Of a DNA stretch of 64,000 nt, positions 50,145 to 61,316 are shown piece after piece; within the stretch, counting starts at the first letter, position 1, and each line of letters begins with the position of its first letter. The stretch comes from Octopus vulgaris (Eukaryota). Below the pieces are notes generated by a model. That model searched no databases. It was not told the origin of the DNA and saw only the letters and a list, made by a program, of their open reading frames with translations. The DNA lies in assembly GCA_951406725.2 (NCBI GenBank), contig OX597835.1:1550001-1614000 (forward strand), written 5' to 3'. The position numbers were made by a program, and so were the translations under genes.

Positions 50145-53100
50145 GTGAGTGTGTTAAATAATAAGGCATTAGGACAATACGACTCTCCCCACACACAGCA
50201 TAATGGTAAATTTTATTTTGTAGTATTTCTGTCCGTTTACACTGTAATCACCCTAATTTCGAATATATGTGGGTTTTGGGTATTACAAACTTGAGGTTCC
50301 ACCCCTACTTAGTTTTCCCCATGTATAATGTTCGTGACCCAAGGGAGACCCCTAAGCCACCGGGGAGGATTTTACGGTCAAGTCTTACAACTGAAATTTA
50401 TTGAACAAAAAAGAAAGAAAGAAAAAGGTAACTGGTCCTCAACGGATTGTGGTCTCCCAGCTTATAATCTCGGTAACTATGTCCAACATTAATTTGATAA
50501 ATCATCAATTAAAATAATTGTCAGAAGCTAAGAATATTGCGTTGGCGCTTGTTTTGTTGGATGGATGAAGTTATGAGGTACGAGAAATTCATTAGAAAAA
50601 GCGACGTTCGGAATTTGAGGGAACTCTAAAAACAAACAAATATATAAAAAAATAGGGCTTCAAGCCTGGAACCGTACTTTGAAATCAGCACTATTGCCAG
50701 TTCAGCATTCTTTCGATATAACTCGATAAAATCAAAACACTTCACTGGGTATTTCCGTGTTATGGTTTTAGAAAAGCTATCAGTTTGTATGTTACACAAA
50801 TACTGTGTGACCTGCCAGTCAGGAAAACTAACACTGTGTAACAAAAAAACATTTTTTTTTTCGTCTTTGGTTAGTGTTATTTCTTATTTGTTTCTATCTG
50901 GAAAACAAAGGAAATGACTACTATTCCCTTCAGACTTTGGTTTTGTGATCTGGCCATCGTTGTTTTGAATCTGACCTATTTTCCATTACATTTCAGACAG
51001 ATTCAGTGCTGAGTTGCTGAAGCAGGAATATCATTATAGCAAATATTCTGTTCGGTACTATAGTTTTGCCTGTCAGTTGCTTGACCATAACCACTTGAAC
51101 GTGTCCCTTGGTGGCTGACAATATCTGCACCTCTGGTAACGAGCAGCAGTAGTTGGGAGCATCCATAGCCATGTGTTGAGAAGGATTTTCTGGGATTTGA
51201 ATAAATGTAAGAAAAGCAAAGTTTGAAAGAGATATTAGTCATTTTTTCATACTTTCTGGGGGTAAGCAAATAGGAAATAACAGTTGCTCCCCAAGGACAA
51301 AAGTTGTGTATAATTTAGTGAGGATTTACCTTCATTTTTGCATCCTTTATTCACTTTTCCATACTTTATGGGTCAAGCAGAATATGTGTGTGGCAAATTT
51401 TCTGTGGGCAGATGCCCTTTCTGTGGTCAACGCTCACCTGTCTTTCCATGTTCAGACCTGTTTTACACAATTAAAAACGACTCATTTACAATCATCATAC
51501 AATGTTGAGACGACCCCTGTTTCTGTCCCCCCCCTGTTGTACTGTATCATCTGGCATAAAACCCCCTCCCCTCTCAAAGGATCTTTGTCTTGCCAGTTAC
51601 GTGGTGACCTCACTGGTGCCGGTGTGATGCAAAAAGGTCATCCAGTCCACTCTGTAAGGTTGTTAGTGGTTGGAAGAGCATCAAGCTGTAAAGACTATGC
51701 AAAAACAGACCTTGCCAGTGCTAGTCCGATGGAAAAAGCCCTCGTTCCGAAACAGTCTCTGGCACCTGGTGCAGTCCCCTGGCTTGCCAGCTTCTCTTAA
51801 ACGGTCTAACCTATGTCAGCATGGAAGACGGATGTTAAATAATGATGATGATGATGATGATTTTACGCACACACACATACATTCATGATAGGTTTCTTTC
51901 AGTTTCATCGTCATCATCATTTAACATCCATTGTCCATGCTGGCATGGTTTGGATGGTTTGATCGGGCTGGCATGCTGGAAGGCTGCACCAGGCTCCAGT
52001 CTGATTTGACATGGTTTTCTACGGCTGGATGTCTTTCCTAACGCCAACCACTCCAAGAGTGTAGTGGGTGCTTTTATGTGACACCGGCATGGGTGCCATT
52101 TGTGTGACACTGGTATCTGCCACAACTGCAATTTTGCTCGGCTTCATGGGTCTTCTTCTCAAGCACGAAACAATGCCAAACGTCTTGGTCATTACCTCCA
52201 TGAGGTCCAACACTTGAAAGGAACTCAGCCACTTTGCCTAGAAGACATTTGCCCAAAGTACTTTGCAGTGGGATTGAACTTGAAACCACATGGTTAGGAA
52301 GCAGGCTTCTTAACCATGCCTGTGCCTATCAAAATATTTATTTTGACCTGAAATTGTTCTGACTCTTTGTTATAATTAAATGATGGGTGTGTGTGAACTG
52401 TGATGCTGTATGTTAGAGAGATGTGGGCACTTGAAGTAGAGGATGTATGGAGGTCGGAAAGAAACAAGGTGAGCACTACCTGTTGGGTGTGGAAGGATGA
52501 GGCAGGGATGAGCCGAGAGAGAAACTGAGTTGTGGTGTGCATGGTGAATGACAACTGGTGTGGACAATTAACAGGTATGGATGAAGAGAGGCAGGTGAAG
52601 AAGTGCCAAGCGATTCCTTTGTAAGGATCCATGTGGAAGAGTGAGTTCAAGAAAGACAGAGGCAGAAATGGCAAAAGCTGATCTCAAGAAACCGAACCTT
52701 GCAAAAGAGATGACAAAAGAATATAACTAATGGTTGGATGCTGTGTTGGAGAGGACTGTGGGAAAACAGATGTGAAACTGATAAACGATAGCATTGCAAG
52801 AAATAAATGTTCCTTGCAAGTTTAGTTTTGTCTAAAATAAGTTGAAAGTCAACCCTTTTCTTCCCACATTCCTATATTTGTTTCAATTAATTTTTAAGAA
52901 AAAGAGTTTAAGCTTGAGTTTGCAACAAATTAACAGGAAAGTTTGATAAAAAACTTTTCATTCAGATCACTTTAAACTAAGAAGATTTTATGGTGGAATT
53001 GGATGAGTTTGTATCAAAACAGTTATCAATTCTCTGTTTATCACTTAGAAGTCTGTGGCATTATACCAATGTGAGGAATTATTTAACTCTTTAGCATTTA

Positions 53101-56100
53101 AACTGACCATATCTGGCCAAAATATTCTAAATATTTTTTGTTCAAACTCAACAATGACTTTCTAGAAATTAAGTTACATCATCAGATTCTCAAAGCTGGG
53201 GCAGAATGCAGGGTTAATTTAAAACGATATCAATAAATAAGCATTAAATTTGACCAAGTAATCTGAATGTTAAAAGGTTAAACATTTTCTTCTTATTCAG
53301 AGAGCCACTGACTCAACAACTTGGGCTGTTCTTCATACAATGCCAAACTTTGGTTCAAGTTATACAGCGAACAGTATGGAACCTACATGTAAGTATCTCT
53401 TAAAAGGAGGAAATTTTGAGTATGTGTGAGTGGAGTGGGGTTATATAGATCAATCCGTTGTAGGACAATCTGGAACCATGTAGTTGGGTAGCAATTTTCT
53501 TGCCCTACCTGTTTTATTTTGTTTTTAACCCTTTCGTTACCAGCCCGGCTGAAACTGGCTCTGAGTACAAATGTCTTGTTTTCATAAGTTTTGAATTAAA
53601 ATCTTCCACCAAACCTTAGTCACAATTTATGTTCCTAACACCAGCTTAATGATGACCAAGTTATTTTAGTAAATTCTTTGTTATATTTAAAGTAATTGAA
53701 AGAAACACAAAGCATCCCAAAATAAATACAGTAATGAAAGGGTTAAATCTTAAAAATCTATTAAATGAGTCTATTAAAGAGTTTAGTGATGCTGGCAGAC
53801 ATGAGACAGAGGACTGGAAACACGGTCTTCCTAGCATTGGCTTTCCTCTTCATTTCTATTATTTCTACATTAATTGTTGCCAACACATCACTGGTTTGCC
53901 CTTCAACATTTTTTCCATCCAAGGGAATATTTAACCCAATGTTCTGCTTGATATTATTCGTAGCTTTATCAGCTTTGAGTTCCATCATTAAGAATAATTT
54001 CAATGAAATCATTCTGCATTGCTTATTTGTTCAGCTTCAAGATTGAAACTCTGTCTTTTGTCTGTCCTCCATAAAACCACTCTTGCATAACATCTTTGCA
54101 TATTGCAGATATTTATGATCTAAGTGACGATGATGGTTTGATGTCCGATGCTACAACAATAATCTGTGTAAGTAAACCGGAGCCTTTTTTTGTTTTTGTG
54201 TGTTTGTGAGGATTTACCACTTGAATCATTTCAAGATTATTTTGTATCTTGAACCAAATTCTTCTATGCAAATTTAACTTTTTGTACCTTTAAGTTTAAC
54301 ACACACACACACACTAGGTTTCTGTCTACTAAATCTACTCACAAGGCTTTGGTCAGCCTGGGGCTATATTAGAAGACCCCTCTCCAAAGTAGGACTCATA
54401 CCAAGTCAACGTGGTTCCGAAGCAAACTTTTTCAACCATGTCTGCATAGGATTTTTTTTGTTTTTTGTTATTTAAAAATAACTTGCACTGGATTCCTAGT
54501 TTTATATTGGTCTCTTTTGTCAAACTGCTAAGTTACAGGTACATAAACACACCAACACTGGTTGTGAAGTGATAGTGGTGGTAGGGGACACAGACAGACA
54601 CACATGGTGGGCTACTTTCAGTTTGTCACTGTGAGACTAAACCCGGAACCATGTGGTTAGGCAGCAAGCATCTTACCACACAGCCACCCCGATATTAATT
54701 TACAGACACCATCTTCAAATTTGTTTTATTCTTTTCAGGTTTGTTTTCCTTCTTACATTAAATATGTTTTACAATTTCTCATTTCAGGATTCTCCGTCAG
54801 AACCTACAACAGGTAAATGTTACTGCTTTAGTTATCAAAATATCTTAATCAGTGCATCTCAAACCAGGGTCCATATGGCCCCTGGGGTTCCACATAAGAT
54901 TTTGTTGCTAGAATTTATATGCAATACAGGTTATACTTCTACAATGCATGAAATATTTCAATTTTTTTTTTTTTTTTTACACAATTCCTAATAATATTTA
55001 ATTATGAAAATATGTTGAGAGGCAGACAAATCATAAATCCTTTCAGGTAGATGGCCCTGCTAGATCTGTAGAAAAGGCATTGGTAGAAACTCCATAAGAT
55101 GTGCCTAGTGTAAGCTATGGATACATAAGAGGTGCAGCAATATCAAAGGAAGGCTAACTGGGAAGATAGTTTTTGTGTGTGGCAGATGCACTGGGGCAAT
55201 AAACACTGAACATGTACAGAAAGCAGATTCCATCATATACCAGGGGGAAAAACTTGAAGTAGTTGTTAACTTCCGTTACCTAGGTGACCAAGTCAGTAGC
55301 AGGAGTGGATGCTCTGAGAGAGTAGCTGCTAGAATCAGAATAAGCTGGGCAAAGTTCAGAGAGCTCCTACCTCTGTTGGTAACAAAGGACCTCTTTCTCA
55401 GAGTGAAAGGTAGACTGTGATGCATGTGTGCGAGCAGGTATGCTACATGGCAGTGAAACATGGGCTGTGATTGCTGAGAACATGCATAGGCTTGAAAGGA
55501 ATGAAGCTAGTATGCTTCACTGGATGTGTAATGTCAGTGTGCATATATGACAGAGAGAAAAGTAGGACATGGGAAGCATCAGTTGTGGTGTGCAAGAAAG
55601 AGACGACTGTGCTGTTATGGTAATGTGATGCATATGGATAAGGACAGCTGTGTGAAGGAGTGTTTCACCCTTACAGTGGAGGGAACCTGTGGAAGAGGTA
55701 GACCCAGGAAGACATGAGATGAGGTAGGGAAGCATGACCTTCGAACGTTGGGCTTCACAGGCAATGACAAGTGACCTTTGGAGATATGCCATGCTTGAGA
55801 AAATCCAGCAAGACAAGTGAGAACATAGTCGTTGCCCTTTTAAAAGCATCCTTCAATCATTGGGCAATATGCCATGCTTGTGAAGACTGAGCGAAATCGT
55901 AGTCGTGGCCGATGCCAGTGCCGCCTGACTGGCACCTATGCTGGTGGCACGTAAAAAGCACCATTTGAGCGTGGTTGAGGCCGGTGCTGCCTGACCAGCT
56001 CCCGTGTCGGTGACATGTAAAAGTACCCACTACACTCCGGAGTGGTTGGTGTTAGGAAGGGCATCCAGCTGTTGAAACCTTGCCAAATCAGATTGGAATG

Positions 56101-59100
56101 TGGTGCAGCCTCCCAGCTTGCCAGTTCTCTATCAAACCGTCCAACCCATGCCAGCATGGGAAGCGGACATTAAGTTATAACGATGATCATGATGATGACG
56201 ATCAAATGATTGGGAGGGTCCAACTAAGCAAAACAAGAATGAAAGGTAAAAAATGGTTGATGACCACTGACGTAAGTGTAACTATGAGGGATGCTGAAGA
56301 GTTCCTGGATTTCAGTGAAAGAAAAAAAAAGGAGGATCAGTTGATTATGGTTTTATTTAATATATTCCCCTCTCAGATTCACACATACTTAGTGTAGCGG
56401 TCCTTCAGTTTTTCTAAGTCCTGTAAAAGAGCTCAGAAGAAGGGGCCTCCAACCAAGCTTTTTGTGATACCCTTAAAGCCAGGAACTTTTCAGCACTTCC
56501 TCACATTTTAGTCAAATTGTATTTATTATAAAAGCCCTGTTGCACATTCCCAATGTTACAGTATTTATTTGTGCATAATTTGCTCTTTTGTTTGAGATTT
56601 TAAACTGTACAAAGTAAGGATTTATGAGAAATAAATGTTAGCACTTTTCCCACATCTGCATCCTATTGAATGACCATGGCATCAGTTCCTCCTATGCTCT
56701 TGAGTACATTGTGCAGCACATTAACCCCACTGGCTTCTGTTGGTTTAAAGTTTTCCCTACATCTGGTCATGTGATATTGGCCTTACTTTCATGAGGCACC
56801 TGTGCCAGTGAGTGATTCCCATGAGGCGCCTGTGCCAGTGAGTGATTCCCATGAGGCGCCTGTGCCAGTGAGTGATTCCCATGAGGTGCCTGTGCCAGTG
56901 AGTGACGCCGGCACTTGGATGCCAAGTTCTGTCAAGAGAGCAACTGTAATGCATCTTTTGGGATGGTGTTCATATTTGTGTGATCAGCTGATGAAAGATT
57001 CACTGTGACACAAGCTCTCAATTCAAATTCATAAGAATGAAAATTGGATGGAAACAGAGAGTGATGGGAATCCATGAAAGCAGCGAAAAAAGACTGGCAA
57101 AAAAGTTCCAGAATGCTTCTTACCAATTCCATCAACCGTTGGCCCTCATGCATTTACAGTTGTTGCTGCAGGCCATCACTAAATGTGACATTGTCTCTCA
57201 CCTCTCCACATAATCTGTTAAGGCTTTTATATCCTCTTTTTTTTTCTATTGAAGATAACCTTCACGACATGAGCTGCTACATTTCTGATGATGTGGTCAG
57301 TGAGGAATCTATTATAATATGTGTAAGTATACAGGTCTTCCTTCTTGTGAGGGTTCAATCACTTGTCTTTCTCTTTGCTAACTTGGAATTGTTAACTCTT
57401 TTAGCATTCAGGATTACCCTGTCAAATGCAATGCTTATTAATTCACATTAATCATCATCATCATCATCGTTTAACGTCCGCTTTCCATGCTAGCATGGGT
57501 TGGACGGTTCAACTGGGGTCTGGGGAGCCCGAAGGCTGCACCAGGCTCCAGTCAGATCTGGCAGTGTTTCTATAGCTGGATGCCCTTCCTAACGCCAACC
57601 ACTCTGAGATTGTAGTGGGTGATTTTTATGTGGCACCTGTGTCGGTGGCACATAAAAACACCCACTACACTCTCGGAGTGGTTGGCGTTAGGAAGGGCAT
57701 CCAGTTGTAGAAACTCTGCCAGATCAGATTGGAGTCTGGTTCGCCAGACCTCAGTCAAATCATCCAACCCATGCTAGCATGGAAAGCGGGCGTTAAATGA
57801 TGATGATGAATATGTCCAGGCAGGTTTAGACACAAAACATGCTGGTTGCTATAGTGTATGTCATAGGAGAATAACTTCTCCCTTTTACAAGAATATGTTC
57901 AACACACTTGAATCATTGGTACATAGGATTCTGGGACACCGTTATTAGATGATTAAAATGAATCCAAATTATATGGCTGTGTGGTAAGAAGCTTGCTTAC
58001 CAATCACATAGTTCCAGTTTCAGTTCCACTGTAATGCACCTTAGGCAAATGTCTTCTACCATAGTTTCAGGCCAGCCAAAGACTTGAGAGAATTTGGTAG
58101 ATGGGAACTGAAAGAAGCCTGCAGTGTGTGTCCGTGTGTCCACCATCACTGGCTGACAACTGATGTTGATGTTTTTATGTCCCTGCAACTTAGCGGTTTG
58201 GTAAAAGTGACTGGTAAAATAAGTACTAGGCTTAAAAAAAAAGTATTGGGGTCAATTTGTTCGACTAAAACCCTTCAAGGTGGTGCCCCAGCATGGCCAC
58301 AGTCAAATGACTGAAACAAGTAAAATAAAAAAAAACACACGCACAAATTCGTTTCACAAATTTCCATCTGTTCCTTTGGGGGTTTTATCCAAAATCAATT
58401 ATATTCATTCTTCTCAGCCCCCAGACGGTTGTCCAGTCATATGTTTTCTTTGGTGGTAGTCAGATTTATGACATTGTTTCAATTACTTTAGTCTTCTCAA
58501 ATTGTTATTTCACATCTCACCAGGTTCTTCATCATTTAGCATCCATTTTCCATGCTGGCAGACGTTGGATGGTTTGATTGGAACTGGAAAGCCAGAGAGC
58601 TGCACCAAGCACCAGTCTGTCTGTTTGGGTTTGCTTTCTACGGCTGGATGCCCTTCCTACACTCCAAGAGTGTAGTGGGAGCCTTATACGTGTCACTGGC
58701 ACATGTGCCTCATATACACCACTGGCACAAGCACCTTATATGCACCGTGTACTGGCACATGCCTCATGTGTCACTCACTGGCACAGGCGCCTCATAGGCG
58801 TCACTCACTGGCACAGGCGCCTCATAGGCGTCACTCACTGGCACAGGCGTCTCATAGGCGTCACTCACTGGCACAGGCGCCTCATAGGCGTCACTCACTG
58901 ACACAGGCGCCTCATAGGCGTCACTCACTGGCACAGGCGTCTCATAGGCGTCACTCACTGGCACAGGCGCCTCATAGGTGTCACTCACTGGCACAGGCGC
59001 CTCATAGGCATCACCCGCTGGTACAGGCGCTTGATATGCGTCCTCTCTGGCAGAGGCGCCTGATATGCGTCCCCTCTGGCAGAGGCGTCTGATATGTGCC

Positions 59101-60235
59101 ACCCGCTAGCACGGGTGCCTGGCACCTGACACGTGCCACCTGCTGGCATCTCATATGCGACACCGACTGGCACAGGCGCCTTATATGCATCACTGGCACT
59201 GGCCTATTTTCAATCTATTCTCATCGCCAAGTTGAGAGCTATATGAGTGTGTTTGGAAGCAACCAATAAGTGCTGTGAGCAAAATATTAAACTCAGTTTG
59301 TGAATTTAACCAGTCATGTGCCAACTGTGGACTGAAAACACAAAGTCACCTTGAATTTTAGTGCAGCTCATCTGATAATGAGCCATTCTCATGCAGCCCA
59401 CATGAAAATCCTTGCCAAAGCTGGAATCCATCATCATCATCATTTAATGTCTATGTTTCCATGCTGACATAGGTTGGACAGTTTGACAAGGGGCCAACAG
59501 GTCCCAAGCACCGCATCATGCTTCAGGGTCTGTTTTGGTATTGTTTCTTTGACTGGATGTCCTTCCTAATGCCGACCCCTTTACAAAGTGTACTAGATGC
59601 TTTTTTTTGTGCCACCGACACTAGTGAGCTTGCAAGTCTATGAAAACCAAGGGTTTGGGCTTTATGCTAGGCAGATGAGAGGGTCAAGAAGTGGGTGGGG
59701 CACAGCAGGTTCTTGTTATAGGGAACTTACATGACCACTTACATTTAGGTGAGAGAACTGAAACCGATTGTAGCTGCTTCGGTCTTACGGAGGTGATGGT
59801 CATCTCCTTCACTTCACTCACTTGGTGGCTGGTGACATTTATTTCTCTACAATTTCTCATTTCAGGACACTCCAAGAAGAATTACAAGAGGTAAATTTTT
59901 TCATAATTTTTTAACATTTTAATTCTCACTTTTTATTTTATTATATTTAAAAAAAATAAATTTATATACATAGGTGCAGGTGTGGCTGTGTGGTAAGAAG
60001 ATTGCTTCCCAACCACATGGTTCTGGGTTCAGTCTCACTGCATGGCATCATGGGCTGGCCAAAGCCTTGTGAGTGGATTTCGTAGACGGAAAAGCAATTA
60101 GCTGAAACCTAATTATAATTATGTGGATAATTTTACCTATAAAGGTCATTTTAACGTACCGATCTACTTGGTAAAATTATTAATTAATTGATTGATTGAT
60201 TAATTAATTAATTTGATTAATAAATTTTACCCTTC

Positions 60236-60313
<78 letters not shown>

Positions 60314-60557
60314 TATATATATATAATATATATATATAGGTACCCAACAAAATAATACATAGTATTGTCATATATCTATGTATGTGGGTATATATATTAC
60401 GTAAATATATATATGGAGAAACATGTATGTATATATACTGTGTGTGTATATAAAATGAAATTTTATATATTGCCTACTCATGTAATGTGTATTAAGTATG
60501 TATATATCGGATAGTTGATGTGATTTAAGTATGTTTCTCCATTCTCTAATTTTGTTG

Positions 60558-60588
<31 letters not shown>

Positions 60589-60641
60589 GTGTATATATAT
60601 ATATATATTTTTTTTTTATATATATATATATATATAAAAAA

Positions 60642-60698
<57 letters not shown>

Positions 60699-60711
60699 GT
60701 ATACACACACA

Positions 60712-60755
<44 letters not shown>

Positions 60756-61316
60756 TGTATATGTATCTATACATGTGTATATATATATGTGTTATATATA
60801 TATATATATACATACATACATACACGTGTGTGTGTGTGTGTATATATATATACATGTATGTATATATGTTTATATATTTGTGTGTATATGTGTGTTCTTA
60901 TATAGTACGTATAGGACTACTTGGTGGTCCCTTTCCCTATCACAGAACTGTGTGAAATCTGTATTGTTGTCTTTGATGTTTGTTTGTATCGGAAGGGTGG
61001 GGAGCTGGCAGAACTGTTGGCATTCTGGGCGAAATGCTTTGCAACATTTCATCCATTGTCACGTTGTGAGTTCAAATTCCGCTGATGTTGACTGTGCCTT
61101 TCATCTTGCCAGGATTGATAAAATAAGGAACCAGTTGAACAGTGGGATCGGTGTAATTGACTTGTCCCTTCCCCTGAAATTGCTGGCCTTGTGTATAACA
61201 CTTGAAACCAATATTTGTTAGTAATTTTACTTGTATATCCTGTTTTAGGTGCTGTACATACACGCAGAACAGCTGCAACAAAAAGATTACGGAAGCAAAA
61301 TCGTTCGAAAAATAAT
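50043..61316 (+). CDS. Uncharacterised multi-exon gene, partial; join(50043-50144,53301-53388,54109-54167,54788-54812,57255-57322,59866-59890,61249-61316); SIM-like motifs, possibly RNF4-like
   Basis: Seven GT-AG exons have compatible phases (0,1,0,1,0,1,0) and give 435 nt / 145 aa with no stop: MDSDSLG...EIEP|RATD...SMEPT|[20 protein letters not shown]|DSPSEPTT|[23 protein letters not shown]|DTPRRITR|[23 protein letters not shown]. An in-frame TGA lies just upstream of the ATG. Confidence 0.7.
53301..53388 (+). CDS. Microexon gene exon 2
   Basis: cttattcag| ... |gtaagt; 88 nt. Confidence 0.7.
53525..53746. mobile_element. piggyBac-type (TTAA) MITE; related TTAA-CCCT MITEs at ~14296-14500, 24563-24783, 26905-27090, 27438-27646, 53083-53282
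   Basis: TTAA-ccctttcgttac ... gtaatgaaaggg-TTAA. Confidence 0.75.
54109..54167 (+). CDS. Microexon gene exon 3
   Basis: attgcag| ... TGT|gtaagt; 59 nt. Confidence 0.7.
54788..54812 (+). CDS. Microexon gene exon 4 (25 nt)
   Basis: tttctcatttcag| ... AG|gtaaat. Confidence 0.65.
55015..56190 (+). mobile_element. Decayed RTE LINE 3' portion with 3'UTR and (GAT)n tail
   Basis: '[11 protein letters not shown]...[10 protein letters not shown]...[14 protein letters not shown]', colinear with 17475-18791. Confidence 0.85.
56790..56906 (-). repeat. 30-bp minisatellite, ~4 units
   Basis: Unit catgaggcgcctgtgccagtgagtgattcc. Confidence 0.9.
57255..57322 (+). CDS. Microexon gene exon 5
   Basis: Poly-T tract, then gaag| ... 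TGT|gtaagt; 68 nt. Confidence 0.7.
57451..57808. repeat. Head-to-head inverted pair of LINE 3'-tail copies (~170-bp-arm hairpin)
   Basis: (CAT)n-cgtttaacgtccgctttccatgctagcatgggttgga... mirrored by ...tccaacccatgctagcatggaaagcgggcgttaaa-(TGA)n. Confidence 0.85.
58770..59200 (+). repeat. 30-bp minisatellite, ~8 near-perfect units plus degenerate copies
   Basis: Unit gtcactcactggcacaggcgcctcataggc. Confidence 0.92.
59866..59890 (+). CDS. Microexon gene exon 6 (25 nt)
   Basis: tttctcatttcag| ... AG|gtaaat. Confidence 0.65.
60237..60900. repeat. Large (TA)n/(TG)n microsatellite block
   Basis: Direct inspection. Confidence 0.95.
61249..61316 (+). CDS. Microexon gene exon 7
   Basis: tgttttag| ... 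AAT|gtaagt; 68 nt; basic, NLS-like. Confidence 0.7.

Noticed and set aside
54731-54745. AG|GT recursive splice site upstream of the first 25-nt microexon
   Set aside because: The residual intron would be only ~49 nt, and the motif is absent before the duplicated microexon.
58770-59200. 30-bp periodic repeat as a CRISPR array or a repeat-protein ORF ([10 protein letters not shown])n
   Set aside because: The units are contiguous with no unique spacers, the context is eukaryotic, and a 30-bp period leaves several frames open trivially.
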